A stretch of 64,000 nt of DNA from Flaccisagitta enflata. Lineage: Eukaryota. Where the stretch lies: positions 9,300,001 through 9,364,000 of the forward strand of contig OZ231126.1 in assembly GCA_965153355.1 (NCBI GenBank). The letters are read 5' to 3'. This document shows, one piece after another, positions 1-12,396 of the stretch. The translations under genes and the position numbers were made by a program. The notes beneath the pieces are model-generated. The model did not search any database. It saw nothing but the letters and a program-made list of their open reading frames with translations, and was not told the DNA's origin. Position 1 is the first letter of the stretch. The number at the start of each line of letters is the position of its first letter.

Positions 1-2157
1 GACATACATCGGAGAATTCTGGGCTGTGACATACATCGGAGAATTTTGGGCTGTGTGACATACATCGGAGAAAACTGGGTGGTGTGACATACATCGGAGA
101 ATTCTGGGCTATGTGACATACATCGGGGAAAACTGGGTGGTGTGACATACATCGGAGAATTCTGGGCTATGTGACATACATTGGAGAAAACTGGGTGGTG
201 TGACATACATCGGAGAATTCTAAGCTGTGTGACATACATTGGAGAAAACTGGGTGGTGTGACATACATCGGAGAATTCTGGGCTGTGTGACATACATCGG
301 AGAAAACTGGATAGTGTGACATACATCGGAGAAAACTGGGTGGTGTGACATACATCGGAGAAAACTGGGTGCTGTGACATACATCGGAGAATTCTGGGCT
401 GTGTGAAATACATTGGAGAAAACTGGGTGGTATGACATAAATTGGAGAATTCTGGGCTGTGTGACATACATCGGAGAAAACTGGGTGGTGTGACATACAT
501 TGGAGAATTCTAGGCTGTGTGACATACATAGGGGAAAACTGGGTGGTGTGACATATATCGAAGAATACTGGGCTGTGTGACATACATCGGAGAAAACTAG
601 GTGGTGTGACATACATCGGAGATTTCTGGGCTGTGTGACATACATAGGAGAAAACTAGGTGGTGTGACATACATTGGAGAATTCTGGTCTATGTGACATA
701 CATCGGAGAATTCTGGGCTGTGTGACATACATCGGAGAAAACTGGGTGCTGTGACATACATCGGAGAATTCTGGACTGTGTGACATACATTGGAGAAAAC
801 TGGGTGGTGTGACATACATCGGATAATTCTGGTCTATGTGACATACATCGGAGAATTCTGGGCTGTGTGACATACATCGGAGAAAACTGAGGGGTGTGAC
901 ATACATCGGAGAATTCTGGACTGTGTGACATACATTGGAGAAAACTGGGTGGTGTGACATACATGGGATAATTCTGGTCTATGTGACATACATCGGAGAA
1001 TTCTGGGCTGTGTGACATACATCGGAGAAACTGGAGTGTGACATACATCGAGAATTCTGGACTGTTGACATACATGGAGAAAACTGGGTGGTGTGACATA
1101 CATCGGAGAATTCTGGGCTGTGTGACACATTGAGAAAACAAAGCGTGACATACTTCAGACGGAGAAACTCCCAATATTTAGTGTTCCACTATCGTGGAAC
1201 ACAACTAGGTGGTGTGACATACATCGGAGAATTCTGGGCTGTGTGACATACATTGGAGAAAACTGGGTGGTGTGACATATATCGGAGAAAACTGGGTGGT
1301 GTGACATACATCGGAGAATTCTGGGCTGTGTGACATACATCGGAGAAAACTGGATGGTGTGACATACATCGGGGAAATCTAGGATGTGTGACATACATCA
1401 GAGCAAACTAGGTGGTGTGACATACATCGGAGAATTCTGGGCTGTGTGACATACATTGGAGAAAACTGGGTGGTGTGACATATATCGGAGAAAACTGGGT
1501 GGTGTGACATACATCGGAGAATTCTGGGCTGTGTGACATACATTGGAGAAAACTGGGTGGTGTGACATATATCGGAGAAAACTGGGTGGTGTGACATACA
1601 TCGGAGAATTCTGGGCTGTGTGACATACATCGGAGAAAACTGGGTGGTGTGACATACATCGGAGAATTCTGGGCTGTGTGACATACATTGGAGAAAACTG
1701 GGTGGTGTGACATATATCGGAGAAAACTGGGTGGTGTGACATACATCGGAGAATTCTGGGCTGTGTGACATACATCGGAGAAAACTGGGTGGTGTGACAT
1801 ACATCGGAGAATTCTGGGCTGTGTGACATACATTGGAGAAAACTGGGTGGTGTGACATATATCGGAGAAAACTGGGTGGTGTGACATACATCGGAGAATT
1901 CTGGGCTGTGTGACATACATCGGAGAAAACTGGATGGTGTGACATACATCGGAGAATTCTGGGCTGTGTGACATACATTGGAGAAAACTGGGTGGTGTGA
2001 CATATATTGGAGAAAACTGGGTGGTGTGACATACATCGGAGAAATCTGGGCTGTGTGACATTCATCGGAGAAAACTAGGTGGTGTGACATACGCACGAAC
2101 GCACAGACAGACGGAGAAAATTCTGAGACTTTAGTGTTCCACTATCGTGGAACACAA
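1..2157 (-). repeat. 29-bp satellite array carried by a Helentron/DINE-1-like element (two nested copies)
   Basis: Units GTGACATACATCGGAGAAAACTGGGTGGT and GTGACATACATCGGAGAATTCTGGGCTGT; terminal hairpin GTGTTCCAC-TATC-GTGGAACAC at 1181-1202 and 2134-2155. Confidence 0.85.
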
Positions 2158-2269
2158 TTTCCAAACCCCGTTTGATTATCTCTCACCGTTTAGAAATGAC
2201 ATGCAAAACAAAATTGCTTCTTCAAATCTAAATGGCGAAAAAAATGCAAACACAAATGCGGAATGTTAC

Positions 2270-2654
2270 AGTTGATGGGGGTTGGTGATATGGCGCATTG
2301 CTCCTCTAAAACCAAGCATTGAGGCAACAAACATAGTGTCAAGCCTTCCCTGGTTGGCCTGAAAGTAGTCTGGACTCTATCCCATCAAGTACCTGTGGTC
2401 TCAAATAAAGTAGCATCAATGCAAAGAGCCATATCTGCTGGAGGACTGAAAATGATTGCTCGCAAGGTCTAGAGGAAGATCTTAACATCCTACCTCAAAT
2501 CTTTCTACAAAAGTATGCCAAGGCAAACGTAGGCATTGGTTGATGCCCAACATGGTCACACTAAGTATTGAACATATTTGTGACGTGTGATTGCATTATT
2601 TATTGAATAAATTTACTTAATCTTAAAAAGGTGATAAACTTTTGAGCTAGATAG
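2270..2654 (+). pseudogene. Decayed Tc1 transposase C-terminus with right TIR
   Basis: Frameshifted WPESSLD...PIKYLW (cf. WPxxSPDLNPIExLW) and KSMPRQT*ALVDAQHGHTKY*; ends TTTGAGCTAGATAG|TA. Confidence 0.75.
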
Positions 2655-2760
2655 TACATTCGGTAAAATTGCCGCGGCTCCTTTGATTTACCAAACGAAA
2701 CTGAAATCAATGGACAAAACTTTAGCTCGACTTCATTACCATTTAAATGAAATGTTGCCC

Positions 2761-3562
2761 AAGGTACAGAACGATGGGAGCAATGACGACCTAGATTGGA
2801 GGATAGATTTTAGGTATCCTAATTTCATTTGTATCATGAAATATTTAAGGTCTAGGCTAATTAAAGGTGGCTCTATTGAGTGAATGCATTAGCGTCTCTT
2901 AAGCTTCAACTTGTGACTTGACCTCATCAAGACTTCATTTTTCAAGGTTCTAACCAATTTTATTAGAATGGGCGAAAAATTCCATATAATTTTGAGAAAA
3001 AAAATCAGTTCAATCGGACCATTTTTATAGGTTTTACGGCTATGTTTAATAAACAAAAGTTATGCAAATTAATTTTTGGGCAAAACTTGAAATAGCCATA
3101 AAACCTATAAAAATAAACCAATTAAGCTGATTTTTAGTTGCGTGCACGCGACTCTACAACCAGCTTTGTCCGTCGGTCGGTCGGTCGGTTGGTTGGTCAC
3201 ACTTTACTTTTTTTATGATTTTATTTCTTTGACCTTGCTGCTCCTGCCCAAATGGTTTGCTGACCTCAAATATGGCCCCTGCCCACCCGCATGCGACTTC
3301 GGTAGCCGTGTATCCGGCCTTGTTTTTTCAAAACTATATAAAATTTTCCAATCTATCTATTGAGATAGGATAGAACTTTGAAAAATGAAATCTTGAGGAG
3401 GTCAAGTCGCAAGTTGAAGTTTGGGAGACGCAAACATATTTACTCAATAAAGCAACCTTTAATTAGCTTAAATTTCAAATATTTTAGGATACAAATGAAA
3501 TTAAGGTACCTAAAATCTATCCTCCAGTATAGGTCGTCATTGCTCCCATCATACTGTACCTT
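2761..3562. mobile_element. Foldback MITE with long inverted arms; HINE nested at ~3132-3325
   Basis: AAGGTACAGAACGATGGGAGCAATGACGACCTA... is inverted as ...TAGGTCGTCATTGCTCCCATCATACTGTACCTT. Confidence 0.8.
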
Positions 3563-4232
3563 TTACTTTTAGTTCTCTCTCTCTCTCTCTCTCTCTCTGA
3601 TCGAAAAACTTACTGAGATTAAATGATTCCGAGTATTTGCTGTTGTAACTGACAAATTATCTCTTGCCTTGTCACGTGAGTTGCTGATTAGGCCTTCTCA
3701 GGGGGCCCTTGCAGAGGTTAATAAAGTTAAGCATGTCAATGGGTGCGGAAATGGGAAAAGATCAATAGCTAGAAACGAGAAAGAAAGAAATTGTATCAAA
3801 TATTTTCTACCTCAGGTGGTGCCAAAATATGATATTTGATTACAACAACAAGATTCTATACTAGGTATGTTGTAATCTATGAGGTTGAACATCAATGAAT
3901 TCTTCGACCAGCTGGGGATGGAAAGCAAAGACCAAGGGGGGGGGGGGGCAAAAAGCCGCTCAACTATGTACACCTCTGCATTTTCACGTTCACTCTCACG
4001 TTCATTTTAATTGTTGTTTAATGTTTATGCCACTTTGAAATCAACGTTTGATTTATGCTTCACTTATAAATCATAAAATGACGAAATGAATTTTGCGACT
4101 GATGTTTACACTCTTGACTGAAATAGTTCCCAGTTAATGTGTTTTAGCCGCCAAAGCTCTCAATACGAAGTCAATGATAAAGAAATACCTCACTACTGTC
4201 TGACAAAGGATTTAAGACAGGAATGACATCAG

Positions 4233-4886
4233 TTTTTAGATGCGCCATAGCACCTCTATAACTAGCTCTGTCTGTTGGTTGGTTGGTTGGTCGGTCGGTC
4301 GGTCATGTCACGCTCAAGTTAAAAAAAAAGAAGCAAAAATCACTAGAAATGATTCAGAAATATGCAAGGATGATTCCCAGATGTGCCATAGCACCTCTAT
4401 AAGAGGCTCTGTCCATCCGTCGGTCACGCTCGAATGAAAAATTGCTGAAAATGTTTGAAATCAATTGGAAACTCAATTTGTTCATCATTTATGATACTCG
4501 TCATTTCATTCACTAAAAAAATCAGCTACGGTTAGGTCTGATCGAGCTGGGGATAGGTCGGAAAAGTCTGGTGATAGGTTGGATAGGTGTGGGGATAGGT
4601 CTGATAGAGCTGGGGATAGGTCTGATAGCGCTTGGGACAGGTCTGTTCGAGCTGGTGATGGGTCTGTTAAGAGCTCGGGATAGGTCTGATAGAGCTCGGG
4701 ATAGGTCTGATAGAGCTCGGGATAGGCCTGATAGAACTCGGAATAGGTCTGATAGAGCTAGGGATAGGTCTGATAGAGCTAGGGATAGGTCTGATGGAGC
4801 TAGGGATGGGTCTGATGCAGCTAGGGATAGGTCTAAGAATTTGTAACGCCCGGCGCACCGTCTTGGCCCGTGTATCCGGCCTTGTT
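4233..4886 (+). mobile_element. HINE/DINE-1-like element with a 21-bp tandem array (~4530-4835)
   Basis: TTTTTAGATGCGCC start, (GGTT/GGTC)n, ATAGGTCTGATAGAGCTCGGG repeats, end GTGTATCCGGCCTTGTT. Confidence 0.75.
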
Positions 4887-5538
4887 TAGACAGCATATCG
4901 TTAATCCTGTTAAAATTCCCTTTCATTTGATAGGTCGCACCATTTATTTATGAAGAAATAACATTTTCATTTGTCAAGCTACCGAACGTTACAAAAATTA
5001 TATGTGGCCTGAAATATGAAAATTTGATTTTTTATCAAAACCACATAGTGCGACCTATCAAAGTAAATTGAACCAGGATTTACAATATGTTGTCAAAAAA
5101 TGAGTCAGATAAATCTGCGGACTCTTTGTGCAAAATAAAGCTAGAATTATGAATTTGTCACTTTTTTTCAAAAAACGCTCTAGAGATGATTTTCCACTGG
5201 ATAGTTCTGGATTTGCATACCCATTCAAAAAAGAAAATGAATCTCAGAGTGATATCATTCTTGTCTCAAATCCCCTCAGTCAGACAGCCGTGACCTGATG
5301 CTAAAAGATTTTCCCGCGAGTTTTGTAAAAACATTACTGCAGCTAGGTCGACGCTCTTTTCCGAAATGTTCTCATGGACAAAGTTAACTTTTTAGTATGA
5401 TTAGTTTGATATGTGGCAGTCCGACAGTCCTCTCTAAGTGAACCCCGCAATAACGGAAGCCGAGGGACCAGTAAATTTCAGGCCTGTGTATTACGTCACT
5501 CAAAGCGCCCCCAATGTTAACCTACAACCTCACCCATT

Positions 5539-6623
5539 TGAAGAAATTCCATGAGGGGAAATCCTGATTTTCAACCGAATCCCAATTTTCAATCAATATT
5601 AGAGAGTTTGATGAATAATCCGGTTGATGGGATAAAATGATGTCAATGTAGATTCATTTGTTATTTAATGTTTCAAAAGATGATAGAAATGGAGATAAAG
5701 TTTTAAAATCGTCTATCTTTTTATATTTCTATTATCTTGAAATCAACCCCAAGTATCGATGGATGTAAACAAATAAGCGTCTTTTATAATCTGGGATCTT
5801 GACCTTTAAGATCCTGGACTATAATTTCATGATTCGACCCAATCTATCTTTGTTATCTTAAAGACAGAATCTGATCTAATTTCCATTCAGCATTTGTTTC
5901 AATCTTTAAGTCGCGTTTATAACAGACAGTAAAATGCCAACACAAATTGCCTTTTATGATTGCTTTTATTTTTATGTACAACCAGTTTATTTCACGGCAA
6001 TTATTTCAGAGAAATTCAGAATGAGAGAATATCATTTCAGAGAATTTCCACTACAAATTTGACAGAAGTGAATTGTGAATAAAATCTGAATTGACAGAGA
6101 GAAAGCAAGGCGCGACAAAAAGGGGATGAAGAGGAAGGGTTTCTTTCTCTCTACAATAAGGATATCATTATCCAATAGTACAATTATTTACTTATTACAA
6201 CCAATAAGATCTGCATATAAAAATACGGAAATTGTAAGAGAGGCGCAGAAACTAAAGGATGAGAAAGATGAAGAAGAAGTTTCCTCCCTTCTCTTACATT
6301 GAGGATATTGATATCCAATCATAATTATGATATTACTGTGACACTTATTTTCAACCAATAAGCTTTTCTTAGACTGCAATGTGAATCTCGGGACCGGAAC
6401 ACAGAAAATCATACTCTTAATTCTAAAGTTGAGAACTCTCCTTCTTTAGCAAAAAAGAAGAACAAGAAAATGCAGTTCTCAAAACATTCCACAATGTTAT
6501 AGGCGACTAAAGTACAATTATGAGAGGAAATATGAAAGTGAATGGCAGTTTTTGACATAGGCAAGAGCCTTGCTGATCCATTCTCACCAAATAAGTCAAT
6601 GATGCAAATGCACATTTTTTACA
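5539..6623 (-). repeat. 3' LTR of BEL/Pao element (1085 bp)
   Basis: TG...CA termini; near-identical to 13895-14977; preceded on the - strand by TTTTTGGGGCCGAA (PPT-like). Confidence 0.95.
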
Positions 6624-6888
6624 TTCGGCCCCAAAAACTACTTTGAGTAGTTTTTCAAAAAACACATAAAAAGATTCTAAGGCATGCTACAAAAAGGAAG
6701 GAATGTTTGTGATCAATAATCATTATGCGGCTGCACACAAGTTCTTTGATGTGAAGGTGTTGACACAAGTGTTGCAGTCGTTCGTACCAAGCCAGAGGTT
6801 ACTAGCACTATAGCCTGGTGTTTGTCTCAGGTCCACAACAAATTTAAAGCTGAATGAAGAATTGATTGTTGCGTACGTATTGTCCCTT

Positions 6889-9800
6889 TTATTCTTCGTT
6901 TCCTTCCAGAAGAACCAAATTCTGGATAGGTCTTTTGATGTCTTTGCCTTTGTTGTCCTGAAGCGTGACAGAGCGGATGTGTCCGTCACGACCCGCATGA
7001 CATTCTTTGACTCTGGCCAAAGGCCAAAGATGACGCTTCAAATTTTCCTTTTTGAGAAGAACTAGTGATCCGGGAGTGATGTCTTTTACGTCTTGGTGCC
7101 ACTTTGGGCGTGGCTGGAGGGCAGGTAAGTATTCATTGATCCAACGCTTGGACCAACTTTCCTGTAGGCTTCTGAGATACTTCATTCTTGCTGAGAAAGC
7201 TGTTCGAGCCGGAGGGATTTCTGGCCATGGATCCTGTGGTTGTTGGAGTGGCCTGCCAATTAACATTTCAGCGGGTGTTAATGGAACTTGATCTGGATCA
7301 TCCACTATTGGGGTTAGCGGACGTGAATTGATCTGCTCTTCAATTCTGATAATTAGTGTTCCAAGTTCTTTGTCTGTGATGAGAGATTGTCCTAAGACCT
7401 TTTTGATGGGAGTCTTAACAGAATGGACTAAACGCTCCCAAAACCCTCCCCACCAAGGGGCGGCGGGTGGGTTAAATTGCCATGTGATGTCAGGCAATAA
7501 TTTTGCAGCTTTTGTGAAAGTTGATGCATTGTCACTGTAGAGGTGAAGAGGCTTTCCTCTACGGCCTGAAAACCTTGCAAATGCCATGAGAAACTCTTCT
7601 GTTGATTGGTCATTCACAATTTCTAAATGCACTCCTCTTGTTGAAGCACATGTGAAAAGAGCAATCCATCTTTTTTCTGCTGGGGCGCCGGACTCATGCC
7701 TTTGTTTTGTAAAAAGGGGTCCAGCATAATCTAGCCCTGTATGAGAGAACGGCGGAAGGGCACTTTTTCGAAATTCTGGTAAGTCCGCCATTTTTTGTTG
7801 GCACATTGGCTTATTGATCCTTTTGCATGTCATGCATGATTTTGTAACTGCTTTTACAGCTGACATTCCTTTGATGATCCAATATTTTTGGCGAAGGTAC
7901 GCCAAAGTCTGATTTGGCCCTGTGTGAAGGTTTGAAATATGGGCATCTTGAATGAGCAACTGAGTGAGGTGAGATTTGTTTGGAAGAATGGTGAGATTTT
8001 TGTTCACTCTCCCGCTCATTTTTATGAGACCATCTTCCAGGATGGGATTGAACTGGATCAATTGTGAATTTTTTGGTATGGCACTTTCAGGTTGCCGTTG
8101 GACCAACCCTGACTGAGCGTCGGAGGGTTCTACGCTGGCGTTTTTCTTTTGAAGACTTTCAAACTCCACTGGAAAGTAAATCTTTTGTTCTTGGCTGATG
8201 AGCTTGGCTAATGCCCTTTTCCTCTGTTGAACAACTGAGACATTCCTGCCCGCCAAAGGGCGTCCGAAGCGAATCACATACATTGTGACCCGCAATAACT
8301 TTTCCATGGAGCTGAAACGCTTTATGTCAATGATTGGTTCACAAACTTGGGTCACATTTACTGCAACCTTTCTCTTCTCAAGCTCTGGCTTTTCCATAAT
8401 TGGTTGATCTGGCCAGTCTCCTGTCTTGAGAAATTCAGGACCTTCTGTCCAAAGTTTTGTCTGTTTTTCATCAAGAGGCCAAATGCCCCTGGATGGGATA
8501 TCAGCAGGATTCTGATCACCCGGTACCCACATCCATTTTGCTGAATGAGTGCTGGTTGCACGTTGGATTTCTGCAATCCTATTTCCCACAAAGGGCTTGT
8601 AGCGGGCAGATGATGATTCAATCCACCCCAATGCGATTGTCGCGTCTGTCCATAGGTAGGTTTCAATCCCAGATTTGAAAACCTCTTCTTTGATGAAGGT
8701 AAGGAGGCGTGAACCTAGTACAGCACCCAGTAATTCCATACGTGGCAGGGTGACAACCTTGACAGGTTTAACTCTTGTTTTTGAGAGTAGAAAGAAAGAT
8801 CCCTCTCCTGAGATGACATATGCAACAGCGGCATACGCTGATTCACTTGCATCCACAAAGATGTGAAGGATGAATGGAATGCCAAAGAACCTTGGGATCA
8901 CAATGGTGATAACTGTTGCTTTCTTAAATTCTTCAATTTCACGCTTTAATTCTTCTGTCAGAAGGTCATCCCAATTTGAACCCTGCTGCCATATTTTTTG
9001 CATGATAATCTTTCCCTTACAAATGAGAGGGCTGCGGACCCCAATTGGGTCCCAGAAAGAGGCAATTTTCTGCAAGTACTCTCGTTTGGTTGAAGGAACT
9101 TTGTCCCACTCTTTGTTGGGGACTTCAAGCAAGTCTTTGGCTGTATTCCATTTCAAGCCAAGCACTGTTGCTTCTTCACTATCATCTGTTCCATCAATCC
9201 TTTTTAACAATTCTTTGTCATTGCTGTTGATTTTGTGCACTCTCATGTGCATGCTGGCAAAGAAACCTTGGATCTGGGTGAGAATTTCAACTCCCTCTTC
9301 TGTAGTGTCAAAACCACCTGGAATGTCATCCATGTATAACTCATTGAGGATGTATTCACAGGCTTTTGGAAATTTCTGTTGGATATCCTCGCGCTTTGCA
9401 TGATACTCACAGGCAGCCATAGAGAGAAAGGGTGAAGAACCTTCACCAAACATAACCGTTGTCTGCCTGGCAACTCCTTTATGTGTAATGATCCTATGAA
9501 GGTCTCGTTGCTTTATGGGAATCTTGAGTTGCCAGAACATCTTCTTGATGTCTGAGATGAAGGCGTTTTCCTTTTTACGAAAGCGGAGAATGGATCCAAC
9601 TATGTCAGGTAACAAATTTGGTCCAACATGCTGAGCACTATTGAGAGAGATACCAGATTTGCCTTTGAAAGAAGCATTTTTCACAATTCTTGTCGGAGTT
9701 GTTGGGTGTCCAGGCCTAATCACCAAGTGCCAAGGTAGATAGTGGACACTCCCTTTTGGCGGATCTGTGTCATCCACCAGTTCAAGGACACCAAGGTCCA

Positions 9801-12396
9801 GCTGCTCTTCAAAAATTTTGTGCACAGTGGCCTTTTTCTCCGGGTCCTTGTTGAGCAATTCTTGCTGCTTGGAATACAAAGCTTTGGTAGGAGCAAAGTT
9901 GTTTGACAATTTCTTGACATCTTCTGTGTATGGTATTTCCACCATGTACTGCTGATTTTTGTCATCATAGGTGATTGTCTTCTTGAAATTTTCATGAACT
10001 TGCTCATCAATGAGGTTTTTTATGCGAGACTTTGGATTGGGAACTTCTTCCAGTTCAAAGAACTTTTCAAGAACATTGTCCAGCGTAGCAATCTGGTTTA
10101 TTTGTGTGAAATTGGTGGCAGTCTGCCTTAAATTTCCTGACAACACCCATCCAAATAAAGTTTCAACAGCGGACGGCTCGCCAGGATTACCCACCCTCTG
10201 ATTTCCTGTTTTGATGTGATCTGCATAATCATTTCCAATGAGCAATTCAATTTCTGCTGCATTGCGAGGGTAATCATCGGCAAAGTCAAGACCCACTAAA
10301 TGCGGGTATTCAGTGCAAGGATCAAATTGAATTGCACTCATGTCTGCTGTCATCCTTTCCGTTTTGGAGACAGCTGCTTCCATTTCAAAATAGCCGCCTG
10401 CTTTGGTCCGAAGACTAATTTTGACAATATCAAAATTTTTCGGGGTTTGGGGCCCATCAGAAAAGGCTGTTTGAACAGATAGAGGGACCCGTCTAATCAC
10501 TGGCAATTTCAACGCCTTTACAGTTTTTGCAAGTATCCAAGTTGTCTGAGATCCATCATCAATCATAGATCTCACAATTACATTTGGTTTCTGTTTTGGA
10601 ATTGCCTTGAAAGTTTTTAGCACTGTCAGCCCTGTACTTTTCAGAGGTGTATGGTGAAGTGCATTTGTGCTAGTTTGCTCAGCTGTAGCCACTCCCGCAA
10701 CTGGCTTAGATGCATCAGCGGGAACAGGTTTTGGTGGCGCGTATGGAGGTGCCGGGGGCACCCCTCTTCCATCTTGATTGCCTGATTGTGGTTTTCCCCA
10801 GTGGAGAAAGCTATGGTGTGGTTTTTGACACTGTTTGCATGATGCCTTGCAAATCTTTGGGTAATGGTCTTTGCTTTTTGGCATCAGACACCTATGACAG
10901 TGTTTCTTTCTGAACACCAAATTGGATCTTTCCTTTGGACTCATCTTTTTGAACTTGTCACAATGGAAAATCTTGTGACTTCTGTCACAGCAGAAACAAA
11001 GAACCTCTTTGCTCGCCATTGAAAGCATCATTGTAGTCTTTGGCGGCACACTTTTGTGTTTGGTGTCTGGTTTTTGCTCTCGCACCGTTCCATAGCACTG
11101 CATTTTTTCGTGCAAAAAGTCAAGGAGCTTTTTTGTGGAAAATGACTTATCCTCATGGATTTCCTCACGCCATTTTTGCTTGATTTCTTTCGGCATGAGA
11201 TTTTCAACATAGGGCACAAGAAATGGTGCCACATTTTCCCCGTCAACTTTGAACTCCTTCAGGCATCTTAAAGAAGTCTCAAGAGAAGTAAGAAATGGTT
11301 TGATAGTCCCTACCTCAAAGGGTTTGAGATCGTAAATATTCTGAACATGTGATTGTTGGATCAACCTGGGATCTCCAAACATCTTCTCAAGAGCTTTTTT
11401 CAAGTTATCATAATTGTCATCGGTCAAACTGTAGCCTTTTGCCAGTTCTTCAACTTCATCAATGCAACACCTTTTCAAATAGATGAGTTTGTCAACTTTT
11501 GCCAAATCTGGGCGCTTGTCAATAAGGGACTCAAATGAGTTCCAAAATGATTGGTAGTCAGAGTGTGATCTTCCTGAGAATTTTGGGAGATCAATTTTTG
11601 GCAATTTTGCATGGTGGCTTGCAGATGCATCAGGAGCTGGGGCTGGAGAGAGGGGGCTGATGGTGGGGGTTAGAGAGTTGAGGTATCCTTCTGCATCTGC
11701 CAGGGCGGATGTGCCATTATCATCCCACTCCTCTCCTTTACTAACATCCAAAGCCACAGCCTCATCATCATAAAGTTCCCAAATCTCACCATTCTTTTTG
11801 TTTAGGTCTTCAAGAGCCTTTGAAAGAATTGCTCTTGAGATTGTGACAGCATTTTTATTACTAGCATCCAAATCTTTTGTGAGTTTGTTGACAGTTTTTG
11901 TCACCAGAATCCGGATGGACCTTCTTTCCGATTTTGCTTTGTCCAACAAGGCCTTTCTCTCTGGTGAGAGTTTTGACTCACATGTAGTGATAGCATCCAT
12001 GGTTAGAACTACTTCAGGGGTGGTAGGAGAACTAGGTGGTTGTGTGAGGAATTTTCTTGCCCTCTGCCAACAATCTAAATAGAGTGAGCGGAAGTTTTCA
12101 TACAAAATGTCATCAGCACTGGCTATCAATGGGGGCATACATTCCTTCACTTCATTTCCTCTTTTTTCATAGTCAAAAAAATAGACATCCGTTAAATGAT
12201 TGCTTTTCTTTTCAATCGAGTCTTTATCTTGATTAGTTAAAGCATCATTAACAATTTCTACTGCTTCTTTTAACGCTTTTCCAGCCTCTTTTCTAAGTCG
12301 GTTTCTCCTCTTATATTCTTGTAAATCTTCCTTTGACAAGGTCTTCTTCCACGCCCTAATGCTTTCCTTAGCTTTAGCTTTTTTCAAGTCATCCAT
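6889..12396 (-). CDS. BEL/Pao gag-pol polyprotein (1835 aa)
   Basis: Gag LPKIDLPKFSG; three Cys/His knuckles; protease IDDGSQ; RT DIKKMFWQL...YMDD; Pao-type RNase H FVDASESAYAAV / WTDATIAL; integrase HHCC, GLDYAGP, SDNA, GGFWERL; C-terminal WPLARV. Domain order PR-RT-RH-IN is BEL/Pao-type. Confidence 0.97.
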   Translation of the reverse strand: MDDLKKAKAKESIRAWKKTLSKEDLQEYKRRNRLRKEAGKALKEAVEIVNDALTNQDKDSIEKKSNHLTDVYFFDYEKRGNEVKECMPPLIASADDILYENFRSLYLDCWQRARKFLTQPPSSPTTPEVVLTMDAITTCESKLSPERKALLDKAKSERRSIRILVTKTVNKLTKDLDASNKNAVTISRAILSKALEDLNKKNGEIWELYDDEAVALDVSKGEEWDDNGTSALADAEGYLNSLTPTISPLSPAPAPDASASHHAKLPKIDLPKFSGRSHSDYQSFWNSFESLIDKRPDLAKVDKLIYLKRCCIDEVEELAKGYSLTDDNYDNLKKALEKMFGDPRLIQQSHVQNIYDLKPFEVGTIKPFLTSLETSLRCLKEFKVDGENVAPFLVPYVENLMPKEIKQKWREEIHEDKSFSTKKLLDFLHEKMQCYGTVREQKPDTKHKSVPPKTTMMLSMASKEVLCFCCDRSHKIFHCDKFKKMSPKERSNLVFRKKHCHRCLMPKSKDHYPKICKASCKQCQKPHHSFLHWGKPQSGNQDGRGVPPAPPYAPPKPVPADASKPVAGVATAEQTSTNALHHTPLKSTGLTVLKTFKAIPKQKPNVIVRSMIDDGSQTTWILAKTVKALKLPVIRRVPLSVQTAFSDGPQTPKNFDIVKISLRTKAGGYFEMEAAVSKTERMTADMSAIQFDPCTEYPHLVGLDFADDYPRNAAEIELLIGNDYADHIKTGNQRVGNPGEPSAVETLFGWVLSGNLRQTATNFTQINQIATLDNVLEKFFELEEVPNPKSRIKNLIDEQVHENFKKTITYDDKNQQYMVEIPYTEDVKKLSNNFAPTKALYSKQQELLNKDPEKKATVHKIFEEQLDLGVLELVDDTDPPKGSVHYLPWHLVIRPGHPTTPTRIVKNASFKGKSGISLNSAQHVGPNLLPDIVGSILRFRKKENAFISDIKKMFWQLKIPIKQRDLHRIITHKGVARQTTVMFGEGSSPFLSMAACEYHAKREDIQQKFPKACEYILNELYMDDIPGGFDTTEEGVEILTQIQGFFASMHMRVHKINSNDKELLKRIDGTDDSEEATVLGLKWNTAKDLLEVPNKEWDKVPSTKREYLQKIASFWDPIGVRSPLICKGKIIMQKIWQQGSNWDDLLTEELKREIEEFKKATVITIVIPRFFGIPFILHIFVDASESAYAAVAYVISGEGSFFLLSKTRVKPVKVVTLPRMELLGAVLGSRLLTFIKEEVFKSGIETYLWTDATIALGWIESSSARYKPFVGNRIAEIQRATSTHSAKWMWVPGDQNPADIPSRGIWPLDEKQTKLWTEGPEFLKTGDWPDQPIMEKPELEKRKVAVNVTQVCEPIIDIKRFSSMEKLLRVTMYVIRFGRPLAGRNVSVVQQRKRALAKLISQEQKIYFPVEFESLQKKNASVEPSDAQSGLVQRQPESAIPKNSQLIQFNPILEDGLIKMSGRVNKNLTILPNKSHLTQLLIQDAHISNLHTGPNQTLAYLRQKYWIIKGMSAVKAVTKSCMTCKRINKPMCQQKMADLPEFRKSALPPFSHTGLDYAGPLFTKQRHESGAPAEKRWIALFTCASTRGVHLEIVNDQSTEEFLMAFARFSGRRGKPLHLYSDNASTFTKAAKLLPDITWQFNPPAAPWWGGFWERLVHSVKTPIKKVLGQSLITDKELGTLIIRIEEQINSRPLTPIVDDPDQVPLTPAEMLIGRPLQQPQDPWPEIPPARTAFSARMKYLRSLQESWSKRWINEYLPALQPRPKWHQDVKDITPGSLVLLKKENLKRHLWPLARVKECHAGRDGHIRSVTLQDNKGKDIKRPIQNLVLLEGNEE

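Noticed and set aside
1-2095. CRISPR-like appearance of the 29-bp repeats (also the 46-bp BEL leader repeats)
   Set aside because: Units are head-to-tail with no unique spacers, no cas genes, and the context is eukaryotic
167-2096. Long ORFs in all three - strand frames (MSHHPVFSDVCHT... repeats); same at 50047-52801 and 62451-63185
   Set aside because: By-product of a stop-free 29-bp satellite cycling through frames; the arrays lie inside non-coding element termini
4522-4926. RARDRSD / LSDLSRA heptad ORFs; similar RPQIRPL ORFs at 24241-24658 and 55510-56211
   Set aside because: Translations of 21-bp tandem arrays inside HINEs
6188-6615. Identical short ORFs repeated at 14542-14969
   Set aside because: They are simply the two LTR copies; no evidence of coding or of an env gene
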